A DNA stretch of 64,000 bases from Longimicrobiales bacterium (lineage in GTDB: Bacteria; Gemmatimonadota; Gemmatimonadetes; Longimicrobiales; Gaopeijiaceae): positions 18,304-82,303 of the forward strand of contig CBDCKN010000010.1 of NCBI GenBank assembly GCA_965218295.1, read 5' to 3'. Under the pieces are notes generated by a model. It worked only from the letters and a program-made list of their open reading frames with translations, was not told the origin of the DNA and ran no database searches. Shown in pieces: positions 54,582-64,000 of the stretch. Position numbers and translations under genes: made by a program. Position 1 is the first letter of the stretch. Each line of letters begins with the position of its first letter.

Positions 54582-54667
54582 GCTTGCGCTACGCCGCATC
54601 GTCCCGCCTTGATCCAACGACGCCCCGACCCTCTTGGTGGCTCGCGAATTTCGGCAACGGAACACTA
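54582..54667. repeat. MITE-like repeat, copy E (right half only)
   Basis: gcttgcgctacgccgcatcgtcccgccttgatcc…gaatttcggcaacggaacacta matches the end of copy D. Confidence 0.9.
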
Positions 54668-55979
54668 GGCGGGAGCCTTCTGTGCGGCCGGTGGCTTGAT
54701 GCGGACGCTCAGAACCACCACCAGGAACGTGATGACGGCGGACAGCACGAAAACGCTGGACCCCAGGACTCCGTACAGCAGACCGCCCACCAGGAGCCCT
54801 GCAATGCTGGCAACGGCTCCGCTGCTGCTAGCGAAGCCCTGGACGGCACCCTGGACCTCCTGGTCCGTCGACCCGGAGATGATCGCCATGAGAGAGGGCC
54901 ACATCACACCGTTGCCCATGGCGAGCAAAGCCGTACCGATGTAGGCCTGGGGCTTCCCGTCCATGGTGAAGAGAAGGAAGCTGACCGCCAGCACGAGACT
55001 CCCGACGATGACCAGCGTCCGCTCTGTCCAGATCTTCGAGACCCGCCCCAGGACCGGGCCTTGGACCACGACCATCATAAAGCCCATGGTGGAGAAGAAG
55101 ATGCCGATCTCGGTGAGGGACCACCGGAGCCGGGTCGCGGCATGCACCGGGAACGCGATGTAGAAGAGGTTGAAGGCGAGGAACACCAGGAAGTACAGGG
55201 TGAGCAGCAAAGGAATGCTTGGGAGAGACAGGATCTCCCCCATGGAGAGCTCCGGTGCCCCCTCGAGCCGGTAGCACTCCTTCTGCTCCTGGCCGAGGAT
55301 CTTCCGGACACTCGTGTGCTCCGGGTCGCTGGTGAGGATGTAGCGGGTGGACTCGGGCAGCTTGAAGCCGATGATGAGGCTGGCGATGGACCGATATGAG
55401 TAACGCTGCGACGACCGCAGGGACCTCCCCCCACGCCGTCGCCCCCAAGGCTCCGGCGATGGCCGGACCCAGAATGAACCCGAGGTTACCCGAGACGGCC
55501 ATCTTCCCGAAGTTCGCGCTCCGCTCTCTCTCCTCTGTGATGTCCGCCAGATAGGCGTTGGCCACGGACACGTTTCCCCCGGTGATTCCGTCCAAGGCAC
55601 GGGCGAAGAAGAGGACCATCAGCGGGATGGTCACGGTGAAGGCACCCGTCATCCGCGAGTCGACCTCCATCAGCGGCGTCACCGGCAGGGCCAGGGCAAC
55701 GAGGAAGATGGCCCAAGAGCTGAGGGTGCCGAGCTGGCTTGCGAGGAGGATCCGCCTTTGCCCGTACCGGTCCGACAGGCGGCCCAGGATGGGCGCGCCG
55801 ATGAGCTGAAAGAACGAGTAGGTGGCGCCCATGATCCCGTAGATCAAGGCATTGCCGCCCAGCCTCGTGACCAGGAACACCAGGAAGGGGAGGACGATGC
55901 TGAACCCCAGCGTCCCCACGAAGTTGACCGAGAGGATCGGGTAGATCGAGATCGGTCTGGGCTGAACGTCGGTCGCCAT
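54665..55979 (-). CDS. MFS transporter (TetA/DHA1-like), frameshift near 55395
   Basis: GRLSDRYGQR motif A, RALDGITGGN, GFILGPAIAG; C-terminal half in ORF 54665..55600. Confidence 0.88.
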
Positions 55980-56071
55980 CCGCCCAGTATACGGCGCGAC
56001 GCCGGATCCGGCGCGACCCGAGATCCGGCGCGAGGATGCCGTGTCTGCCGGGCCTTGAGGAGGGCCGCGGT

Positions 56072-56941
56072 TCAGACTTCTACCAGCTCGCCTTGCTCGA
56101 GGCTGAAGAGTCGCTGGGGCGCCTCACGGCTGAGAGCCACGAGATGGTTGGACGGCACCATGGTCCACTCGGAATCGCCAGTGAGGCGCTCCGATGAGAC
56201 CACCACGGATCCGGAGCGCTCGTAGCGCCGCCGTCCCGGCGAGTCCTTTGCCGCAGGTTCGTAGAGCTCGCGCTGGATGTAGTACAGGGTCGGCGGATCG
56301 GAACCACCCTCCATGTACCTCGAAATCACGGCCTCCCGGCCGTCGGAAACAGCCACGTTCAGCTTGCTCGCGGCGCCGTTCGCATGCACCCGCACCAGCT
56401 CGAGCACCCGGGTGATGGCCGCCGCCAGGGATCGGGCCAGAAGGAGAGCGGGGTCCTCTTCGGAGCGCTTTAGGAGCTCGTCGATGAACACCGCGAAGAA
56501 GTGCTCCGTGTCGGTGCTGCCGAACACGTTGGCGTAGGCCCTATCGCCCACCGACTCCATGAGGGGACGCCGTATCTGCGGGAACGCGCCGACGAACCCG
56601 TTGTGCATCAGGAGGTAACGCCCGAACTGGAACGGGTGACAGTTGGCCTCGTTCACAGAGATGCCGGACGTGGCCGCCCGCACGTGGGCCAGGATGCACG
56701 GCGAGGAGATGGCCCGAGCGAGGTTCGCCACATTGCGGTTGTTCCACGCGGGCCGCACCGACCGGAACACGGCCGGCTCCTCTCCATCGTCCGAGATGTA
56801 CCAACCGACGCCGAAGCCGTCGACGTTGAGGGGCTCCCGCTCGCGGGCGTGCGCGCTCTGGCGAATCAAGGAGTGTTCCGGCTCGGTCAGCAGGGAGGCG
56901 AGCCGGATGGGGGGACCGAGGTACAGCGTGAATCGACACAT
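56072..56941 (-). CDS. Class II glutamine amidotransferase (EgtC-like)
   Basis: N-terminal MCR, DGFGVGWY, AHVRAAT, NCHPF, MHNG, GSTDTE. Confidence 0.9.
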   Translation of the reverse strand: MCRFTLYLGPPIRLASLLTEPEHSLIRQSAHAREREPLNVDGFGVGWYISDDGEEPAVFRSVRPAWNNRNVANLARAISSPCILAHVRAATSGISVNEANCHPFQFGRYLLMHNGFVGAFPQIRRPLMESVGDRAYANVFGSTDTEHFFAVFIDELLKRSEEDPALLLARSLAAAITRVLELVRVHANGAASKLNVAVSDGREAVISRYMEGGSDPPTLYYIQRELYEPAAKDSPGRRRYERSGSVVVSSERLTGDSEWTMVPSNHLVALSREAPQRLFSLEQGELVEV

Positions 56942-56976
56942 GTTGCGCCTCCGCAGGAAAGATAGCGGGGGCGGAT

Positions 56977-57170
56977 CTACCGCTGCACCTCCACGACGGT
57001 GCCACCCCTTCGAGCCGACTCGTAGAGCGCCGCGATGACGCTCATGTTGCGTGCCGCTGCCTCGGCCGTGTAGCGCAGGGGACGGCCGTTCAGGACGCAG
57101 TCGGCGAAGTGCTCCACCATGAGGCGGTGCTCGTCGCCGCCCGCCACCGTGTGCTCGGTCGTCTCACCCC
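56977..57170 (-). pseudogene. C-terminal remnant of a Gfo/Idh/MocA oxidoreductase
   Basis: Minus-strand translation GETTEHTVAGGDEHRLMVEHFADCVLNGRPLRYTAEAAARNMSVIAALYESAR; no start codon. Confidence 0.65.
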
Positions 57171-58552
57171 GGCTCCGATGCTCCCCCGCTGGGTTCCTCG
57201 CCCGGATCCGAGGCGGGTTCGGCGGAGTCCGCGCCGGGCAGAACCAGGTTCAGGACGAGCGCGGTCAGCCCCCCCGTGATGAGGCCCGACCCGAACAGCG
57301 TGCGCACGGCTTCCGGGAAGTGCTGAAGGGCCGCGGGCCTCAGCTCGGCCCCCAGCCCCAACCCCAGCGCGACGGCCACGATGACCATGTCACGCTGATC
57401 GAAGTCCGTGCCGCGGTGCACGATGGCCATGCCGCTCACGAAGATCATCGCGAACATGATCAGGCCGCCTCCGCCGATGACCGGGGCGGGAAGTGTGGCG
57501 AAGAGCGCGCCAACCTTGGGCACCAGCCCGAGGCAGAACAGAATCACGCCCGCGGCCGCCCCCACGTGCCGGCTCAGCACGCCCGTGAAGTTCACCAGCC
57601 CCACGTTCTGGCTGTACGACGTGTTGGGGAACGCGCCGAACACGGCGGCGAGCCCGCTCATCATGCCGTCGGCCACAAGGCCCCCGCGCAGCTCGTCACC
57701 GGTGGGCTCGCGTCCGCTGGCCGACGTGATACCGCTGATGTCACCGATGGTCTCCATGGCGCTGATCACGTACACGAACGCCATCAGGAGAATCGCCGCC
57801 GGTACGAACTCGACGCCGAACGCGAGCGGACGGGGCAGCGCGATCCACCCGGCCTCGGCGAAGGGGGCGAAGTCGACGCGTCCCGCTACCGCGGCGGCGA
57901 CGTACCCGGCGACGGCGCCGATCAGCAGGCTGGCGTAGCTCAGGAAGCCGCGCGCGAACTGGTTCAGCCCCAGGGTGATCACGAACACGAGACCCGCCAG
58001 GAGCAGGTTGGGGGCCGCGCCATAGTCGGACGCGCCCACTCCGCCCGCGGCGTAATCCATGCCCACCGGGATCAGCGTGAGCCCGATCAGCATGACCACC
58101 ACACCGTTCACCAGCGGCGGGAAGAGCCACCGGAGCGTCTTGATCGAGAATCCGAGCGCGACCTCGACCACCGACGCCGCGAGGCACGCGCCGAACACCG
58201 CCGGTAGGCCCCACCGCTGTCCGATTGCGATGCACGCTGCCACAAACGCGATGCTAGTGCCCATAACGATCGGTAGACGGCCGCCCACGGGCCCCACCGG
58301 ATAGGCCTGAATCACGGTCGCAACCCCGGCCATCAGGAAGACCATCTGGAGCAACAGCGCGGTCTCGCCCGTCGCCAGCCCCAGGCCGCCCGCGATCAGG
58401 AGCGGCGGCGTGATGTTGCCCAGCAGCATGGCCACCGTGTGCTGCAAGCCCAGCGGCACCAGCTCGCGCAGCGGCGGGCGGTCGTCGAAGTCGTAGTGGA
58501 TCGGCTGGCGGCTCAAGGGCGCTCCGGGGCGACGGGGACGGAGCCCCATCAT
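57164..58552 (-). CDS. NCS2 xanthine/uracil permease; start may be TTG 58516
   Basis: GLQHTVAM, LPIVMGTS, ETIGD, TSYSQNVG signature. Confidence 0.93.
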   Translation of the reverse strand: MMGLRPRRPGAPLSRQPIHYDFDDRPPLRELVPLGLQHTVAMLLGNITPPLLIAGGLGLATGETALLLQMVFLMAGVATVIQAYPVGPVGGRLPIVMGTSIAFVAACIAIGQRWGLPAVFGACLAASVVEVALGFSIKTLRWLFPPLVNGVVVMLIGLTLIPVGMDYAAGGVGASDYGAAPNLLLAGLVFVITLGLNQFARGFLSYASLLIGAVAGYVAAAVAGRVDFAPFAEAGWIALPRPLAFGVEFVPAAILLMAFVYVISAMETIGDISGITSASGREPTGDELRGGLVADGMMSGLAAVFGAFPNTSYSQNVGLVNFTGVLSRHVGAAAGVILFCLGLVPKVGALFATLPAPVIGGGGLIMFAMIFVSGMAIVHRGTDFDQRDMVIVAVALGLGLGAELRPAALQHFPEAVRTLFGSGLITGGLTALVLNLVLPGADSAEPASDPGEEPSGGASEPG

Positions 58553-58651
58553 CGGTATCGTGCGTGTGGGATCGCAAGGACGGATAGCGCGCACGGTAGC
58601 GGCCCCGACCACCTTGCTGTCTGCCGAAACGCCGCCTAACCTCAGTCGCCT

Positions 58652-59134
58652 ATGCGAATCCAGCTCACGGTCAACGGCACCGAGTATGAGCGCGACGTCG
58701 AGCCGCGCCTGCTGTTGAGCGACTTCCTTCGCCACTCCCTGGACCTTACCGGAACGCGCGTCGGCTGCGAGCACGGCGTCTGCGGGGCCTGCACGGTCCT
58801 GATGAATGGCGAGGCGATCCGGTCGTGCCTGGTGCTAGCGGTGCAGGCGCACGGGCAGGCGCTGACGACCGTGGAGGGGCTGGCGGGGGCGGGCGCGGCC
58901 CCCGCGGCCCCCGCGCTCCACCCCCTTCAGGCCGCCTTCCACGAGAAGCACGGGCTTCAGTGCGGGTTCTGCACACCCGGCATGTTGATGACGCTGATCC
59001 CGTTCCTCGAGGAGAACCCGGACCCCACCGAGCACGAGATCCGCGAAGCCATTACCGGCAACCTGTGTCGCTGCACCGGCTACGAGAACATCGTTCGCGC
59101 GGTGCGCCACGTCGCGGAGCGAAACGGTGGCTGA
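58652..59134 (+). CDS. Mo-hydroxylase small (2Fe-2S) subunit, CoxS-like
   Basis: [26 protein letters not shown]. Confidence 0.95.
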   Translation: MRIQLTVNGTEYERDVEPRLLLSDFLRHSLDLTGTRVGCEHGVCGACTVLMNGEAIRSCLVLAVQAHGQALTTVEGLAGAGAAPAAPALHPLQAAFHEKHGLQCGFCTPGMLMTLIPFLEENPDPTEHEIREAITGNLCRCTGYENIVRAVRHVAERNGG

Positions 59135-61403
59135 GGATCGCGTCGGCAAAAGCGTGCTCCGCAGTGAGGACGCCGCGCTGCTCACGGGCAGCGCGCTCTT
59201 CGTGGACGACGTGCACTTCGACGATATGCTGCACGTCGCGTTCGTGCGCAGCGACTTCGCGCACGGGCGCATCGTGAGCATCGATGCCTCGGCGGCGCTC
59301 GCCCGAGAGGGCGTCGTCGCCGTGTACACCGCCGAGGACCTGGGTGACTACAACGCCACGGGGCCACTGCTCGTGGGGCCGCCCCCTATCGACGACCTGG
59401 TGTTCAACCAGGCCACGAACCGGCCCCTGGCCAGCGATCGGGTGCGCTACGCCGGCGAGCCCGTCGCGATGATCGTGGCCGAGAGCCGATACATCGCCGA
59501 AGACGTGATTGCCGACGTGTGGGTGGACATCGCTCCGATGGACGTGGTGGTCGACCTCGAGGCCGGGCTCGCGGACAACGCGCCCGTGATCCACGACCAG
59601 ATCGGCACGAACCTGGCCGCGCACGTGGTGCAGACGAAGGGCGACTTCGAGGCGGCCGTGGCCGACGCGCACCTGGTGATCGAGCGGCGTTTTCTCTACG
59701 ACCGCGGCGTGGCCGGCGCGATGGAGAACCGAGGCGTTGTGGCCCGGTGGGACGCGCGCGCGGGCGAGCTGACCGTGTGGGATACCACGCAGGCGCCGAT
59801 CCCCATCCGGAACGGCCTCGCCGCCATGCTGGGCCTGCGCCAGTCGCAGGTGCGCGTGGTCGCGCCGTTCGTTGGCGGGGGCTTCGGGCCCAAGATCATG
59901 ATGTTCTACCCCGACGAGGTGCTGCTGCCCTGGGCCGCGATGCGGCTGGGCCGGCCCCTCAAGTGGATCGAGGACCGCCAGGAGAGCTTCTACGCCAGCA
60001 CGCAGGAGCGCGGGCAGGTTCACGACGCGGTGTTCGCGTTCGACGAAGACGGGCGGCTCGTCGGGGTGAAGAACGTGTTCCTGCATGACACGGGCGCCTA
60101 CAACCCGTACGGTCTCACGGTGCCGATCAACACCCAATGCACCCTGCTGGGGCCGTACGAGGTACCGAACTACCACGGTGAGTTCAAGGTCGTCTTCACC
60201 AACAAGATGATCGTCACGCCGGTGCGCGGCGCTGGCCGCCAGCATGGCGTGTTCGTGATGGAGCGCATGCTCGACATCGCGGCCCGCGAGCTGGGCATCG
60301 ACCGCGTCGAGATCCGGAAGAGGAACTACCTGGAGCCGGGTGCTTTCCCGTACAACCACAAGGTCATGTTCCAGGACTCAGCCGACCTCGTGTACGACAG
60401 CGGCGACTATCTTCCCGCGCTGGAGCGGGCGGCCGAGATGATCGGGTATGACGGTTTCGGCGAGGAACAGGCCTGGGCCCGCGGGGCCGGCCGCCACCTG
60501 GGCCTGGGTGTCGTGAGCTACGTCGAGGGCACCGGCATCGGCCCGTACGAGGGCGCGCGCGTCACGATCGAGCCAAGCGGCGCCGTGCGCGTGGCGACCG
60601 GTGTCGGCACCCAGGGGCAGGGACACTTCACCGCCTTCGCCCAGATCGTCTCGGACGCGCTGGGCGTGGACATCGAGGACGTGTTCGTCACGACGGGCGA
60701 TACGCGCGAGTTCGGATGGGGCACGGGCACGTTCGCGAGCCGCGGCATCGTCGTGGCGGGCGGGGCCTGCCACGCGGCGGCCCAGGCGGTGCGCAAGAAG
60801 ATCTTCGAGCTGGCCGCGGACGAGCTGGGCGTCGACCCCGACGCGCTGGAGCTGGCCGGGGGCCGTGCCTTCGTGCACGGCGATCCGGACCGGGGCTTCG
60901 ACCTGGGCGGTCTGGCGGTCATCGCCAACCCGCTGCGCGGCGCAGTGACGCCCGGCACCGAACCCGGGCTCGAGGCCACGGCCTACTTCGGCCCCGACCG
61001 AGGCACCACGGCCAACGGCGTGCACGCGATGATCGTCGAGGTGGACCCCGAGACGGCCATGGTCGATATCCTGCGCTACGTGGTCGCGCACGGCATCGGC
61101 AACGCGTTCTACGAGCAGCTCGTGTTCGACGACAACGGACAGCTCCAGAACGCGTCGTTCATGGACTACCTGCTGCCGACGGCCACCGACGTGCCCAACG
61201 TCGAGACGGATCACGTCACCACCTCGTCGCCGCTGAATCCCCTGGGCGTGAAAGGGGTCGGCGAGGCCGGGGCGATCCCCACCGGCGCGGCGTTCGCCCA
61301 GGCGATCGAGGACGCGCTGAAACTGCCGGGTCTCGAGATCCGCGAGATGCCCCTGAGCCCCAACCGGCTGTTCGAGCTCATTCGCGAGGCCGATGGCGCA
61401 TGA
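59127..61403 (+). CDS. Mo-hydroxylase large subunit (xanthine-dehydrogenase family) with an apparent internal deletion
   Basis: VGGGFGPK, PVRGAGR, QGQGH, GTFASR, KGVGEAG. Confidence 0.92.
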   Translation: MAEDRVGKSVLRSEDAALLTGSALFVDDVHFDDMLHVAFVRSDFAHGRIVSIDASAALAREGVVAVYTAEDLGDYNATGPLLVGPPPIDDLVFNQATNRPLASDRVRYAGEPVAMIVAESRYIAEDVIADVWVDIAPMDVVVDLEAGLADNAPVIHDQIGTNLAAHVVQTKGDFEAAVADAHLVIERRFLYDRGVAGAMENRGVVARWDARAGELTVWDTTQAPIPIRNGLAAMLGLRQSQVRVVAPFVGGGFGPKIMMFYPDEVLLPWAAMRLGRPLKWIEDRQESFYASTQERGQVHDAVFAFDEDGRLVGVKNVFLHDTGAYNPYGLTVPINTQCTLLGPYEVPNYHGEFKVVFTNKMIVTPVRGAGRQHGVFVMERMLDIAARELGIDRVEIRKRNYLEPGAFPYNHKVMFQDSADLVYDSGDYLPALERAAEMIGYDGFGEEQAWARGAGRHLGLGVVSYVEGTGIGPYEGARVTIEPSGAVRVATGVGTQGQGHFTAFAQIVSDALGVDIEDVFVTTGDTREFGWGTGTFASRGIVVAGGACHAAAQAVRKKIFELAADELGVDPDALELAGGRAFVHGDPDRGFDLGGLAVIANPLRGAVTPGTEPGLEATAYFGPDRGTTANGVHAMIVEVDPETAMVDILRYVVAHGIGNAFYEQLVFDDNGQLQNASFMDYLLPTATDVPNVETDHVTTSSPLNPLGVKGVGEAGAIPTGAAFAQAIEDALKLPGLEIREMPLSPNRLFELIREADGA

Positions 61404-61434
61404 TCATCGAACTCGACGCTTGCCTGGAGGCCCC

Positions 61435-62325
61435 GTGAAGCCCGCGCCGTTCGAGTACCTGGTCGCGGGGTCTGCCGAGGAGGCGCTCTCGGCGCTCGCG
61501 GACATAGGCGACGGCGCGAGGGTGCTGGCCGGTGGGCAGAGCCTGATTCCGGCGATGAACTTCCGGCTCGCCCAGCCGGCCATGCTGGTGGACATCAATG
61601 GGGTGTCCGGCCTGGACTTCATCCAGGAGGCCCGTGACGGCGGCGTGCGCTTCGGTGCCATAACTCGCCAGCGCACGGTCGAGCGTTCCGCCCTCGTGGC
61701 TGACAGGGTCCCGCTGCTCGCCGAGGCCATGCCGTGGGTGGCGCACCCGCAGATCCGCAACCGCGGCACGATCGGCGGCACGCTGGCGCACGCCGACCCG
61801 GCGGCGGAGGTACCGGCAGTGATGCTTGCGCTGGGGGCGCGGTTTCGCGTGATGGGCCCCGGCGGCGAGCGGTGGGTGGCCGCGGAGGACTTCTTCACCG
61901 GCTTGTTCGCAACGGCCGTGGGGCCCGACGAATTGCTCGTTGAGATCGAGGTGCCGCCGCCGGCCGCGGGCCGTACGGGGTATTCGTTCACCGAGATCGC
62001 CCGCCGCCAGGGCGACTTCGCGCTGGTGGGCGTGGCCGCGACGGTAGCGCTGGACGAGGCGGGCAACTGCGCGGATGCGCGCGTGGCGTTGATCAGCGTG
62101 AGCGACGGTCCCGTGCTCGCGGGGCAGGGGGCTGCGACGCTCATCGGCGAGGCCCCGGGCCCGGAATCGGTGCGCGCGGCCGCGGCCGCCGCCGCCGAGC
62201 ACGACGTCGACCCGCCGGGCGACATGCACGCTTCGGCGGAGTACCGGCGCCACTTGGTCGAGGTGATGACGCGCCGGGCGCTCGAGACCGCGTTCGCGCG
62301 TGTCATGCCCGAAGGAGCCACGTGA
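61435..62325 (+). CDS. Mo-hydroxylase medium (FAD) subunit, CoxM-like
   Basis: KPAPFEY, LAGGQSL, IRNRGTIGG, DMHASAEYRR. Confidence 0.95.
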   Translation: MKPAPFEYLVAGSAEEALSALADIGDGARVLAGGQSLIPAMNFRLAQPAMLVDINGVSGLDFIQEARDGGVRFGAITRQRTVERSALVADRVPLLAEAMPWVAHPQIRNRGTIGGTLAHADPAAEVPAVMLALGARFRVMGPGGERWVAAEDFFTGLFATAVGPDELLVEIEVPPPAAGRTGYSFTEIARRQGDFALVGVAATVALDEAGNCADARVALISVSDGPVLAGQGAATLIGEAPGPESVRAAAAAAAEHDVDPPGDMHASAEYRRHLVEVMTRRALETAFARVMPEGAT

Positions 62326-62347
62326 GCCCCCGCCCCTGAGGAGCCGC

Positions 62348-63829
62348 ATGCGCACCGCACCCGCACAGTCGGACGACATCCTGACGGGTCTCGTCGAGCT
62401 GGACGAGCCCGTCCCGCCCGGGCCGCTCGTCAACGACGACATCGCGCCCACCGCGGTGGTCGACCGCACCTGGAGCACCCTGCACATCGCGTCGCTGTGG
62501 GTGGGCATGAGCGTATGCATTCCCACGTACATGCTGGCCGCCAGCATGATCGAGACGGGCATGAATTGGTGGCAGAGCATGCTGGCGATTCTGCTCGGCA
62601 ACCTCATCGTGTACGTGCCCATGGCCATCAACGGCCACGCGGGCACCCGCTACGGCATTCCGTTCCCCGTGTACTCGAGGGCGTCCTTCGGGCCCGTGGG
62701 CGCGCACGTGCCGTCGCTGATGCGCTCGGTTGTCGTGTGCGGCTGGTTCGGTATCCAGACCTGGATCGGCGGCCTGGCGGTGAACGCCGCGTTAGGCATC
62801 GTCTGGCCCGGCTGGCTGGCACTGGGCGGTGACTGGACGTTCATGGGCCACGGCGCCCCGCTGTACGTGAGCTTCCTGCTGTTCTGGTGCGTGAACGTCT
62901 ACTTCGTGATCGCCGGTACGGAATCCATTCGCGTGCTCGAGACCGTCGCAGCCCCGTTCCTGATCCTCATGGGTCTCTCGCTGCTGGCTTGGGCGATCCT
63001 GCGCGTGGGCGGTCTGGGTGAGATGCTGGCCGCGTCCCATCGGCTGGGCACCGCGCAGGACCTGCCCGCGGGCCGCTTCATCATGACTCTGTTCCTGCCC
63101 TGGGTGACGGCCATGGTGGGCTACTGGGCCACGCTGTCGCTCAACATCCCCGACTTCACGCGCTACGCGAAGAGCCAGAAGGACCAGGCGGTGGGGCAGG
63201 CGGTGGGACTGCTCACCACCATGCCTCTGTTCTCCTTTATCGGAGTGGCCGTGACCAGCGCCACCGTATTGCTTTACGACGAGGCGATCTGGAACCCGGT
63301 CGACCTCGTAGCGCGCCTCACGGCGGAGCAGAACCGGCCCCTGCTCGGCCTGCTCGCCATGGTGGCGATCATCGTGGCCACGCTCAGCACAAACATTGCC
63401 GCGAACGTTGTGGCGCCCGCGAACAGCTTCAGTAACCTGAACCCGCGCCGCATCTCGTTCCGCGCTGGAGGGCTCATCGCCGCGGCGATCGGCATCGTCA
63501 TCGTGCCGTGGAAGCTGCTCGACCTGTACCAGGTCTGGCTGATCACCTACTCGGGCCTGCTGGGCGCGGTGGGCGGCGTGATCGTGAGCGATTACGTCGC
63601 CGTGCGGCGCGGGCAGCTCGACCTGCCGGGCCTCTATTCCACCGACGGCGCGTACGCCTATTCCGGCGGCGTGAACCCGCGGGCGCTGATGGCGCTCGCC
63701 GCCGGCGTGCTCGTCGCCCTCTCCGGCTTGCTGCACCCCTCGCTCGCCTTCCTATTCAACGGCGCGTGGTTCAGCGCGACCATCGTCTCGTTCGTTCTCT
63801 ATTTCCTCCTGATGAGGAACGACGCATGA
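62348..63829 (+). CDS. NCS1 nucleobase:cation symporter
   Basis: WVGMSVCIP, RYGIPFPV..RASFG, WATLSLNIPDFTR, NIAANVV. Confidence 0.95.
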   Translation: MRTAPAQSDDILTGLVELDEPVPPGPLVNDDIAPTAVVDRTWSTLHIASLWVGMSVCIPTYMLAASMIETGMNWWQSMLAILLGNLIVYVPMAINGHAGTRYGIPFPVYSRASFGPVGAHVPSLMRSVVVCGWFGIQTWIGGLAVNAALGIVWPGWLALGGDWTFMGHGAPLYVSFLLFWCVNVYFVIAGTESIRVLETVAAPFLILMGLSLLAWAILRVGGLGEMLAASHRLGTAQDLPAGRFIMTLFLPWVTAMVGYWATLSLNIPDFTRYAKSQKDQAVGQAVGLLTTMPLFSFIGVAVTSATVLLYDEAIWNPVDLVARLTAEQNRPLLGLLAMVAIIVATLSTNIAANVVAPANSFSNLNPRRISFRAGGLIAAAIGIVIVPWKLLDLYQVWLITYSGLLGAVGGVIVSDYVAVRRGQLDLPGLYSTDGAYAYSGGVNPRALMALAAGVLVALSGLLHPSLAFLFNGAWFSATIVSFVLYFLLMRNDA

Positions 63830-63861
63830 AGACCTGCATGAGGAACGGCTCATGAAGACCT
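63812..63861 (+). repeat. 24-bp imperfect direct repeat duplicating the RBS/start region
   Basis: atgaggaacgacgcatgaagacct versus atgaggaacggctcatgaagacct. Confidence 0.85.
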
Positions 63862-64000
63862 ACGACCTTTCCCAGCCGCTCAACCAGGACTCGTTCGCCT
63901 GGCCGTACTATCCGCCGTTCGAGGTGAAGTACATCAAGCGCAAGTCCGAGCACGGCGTGAACGCGCAGTACATCCAGTCGTCCAACCACATGGGGACGCA
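63852..64000 (+). CDS. Cyclase-family (KynB/isatin hydrolase-like) metallohydrolase, partial
   Basis: MKTYDLSQPL…WPYYP…SNHMGT matches the start of the HxGTHxD motif. Confidence 0.75.
   Translation, partial: MKTYDLSQPLNQDSFAWPYYPPFEVKYIKRKSEHGVNAQYIQSSNHMGT

Noticed and set aside
3225..54667. Repeat family as a CRISPR array or as a TAG-recoding (pyrrolysine) signal
   Set aside because: Copies are dispersed with no spacers or cas genes; the upstream proteins are already full length at the TAG and no pyl genes are visible.
58652..62325. Aerobic CO dehydrogenase
   Set aside because: Lacks the AYxCSFR motif, has S-L-M order, and sits among nucleobase transporters.

Overview
GC-rich bacterial window; gene content and protein style suggest Gemmatimonadota (inference). 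It is mostly housekeeping and metabolic: hybrid histidine kinase, TrmH, M20 dipeptidase, ECF sigma, CtaA, acyl-CoA dehydrogenase, SucA, a FecA-like TonB receptor, glycosyltransferases, a YhaO/YhaN-like nuclease/ATPase pair, large NAD-GDH, prepilins and a Mo-hydroxylase/nucleobase-uptake locus. It also carries four IS elements (two IS3-family, IS256, IS481). Many single-base frameshifts suggest an imperfectly polished assembly. Highlights: (1) a dispersed ~160-180 bp palindromic MITE-like element (GTG...CAC, TA-flanked) in five copies, each abutting and supplying the TAG stop of a gene in the same orientation; (2) an OsmC-family selenoprotein split by the ORF caller, with in-frame TGA at the catalytic Cys position and a SECIS-like hairpin, coupled to a small Cys-rich gene; (3) two Fur-box promoters with identical geometry, one before an ECF sigma with no adjacent anti-sigma; (4) a Mo-hydroxylase operon with mini-ORF scars at three gene junctions and an in-frame deletion in the large subunit.
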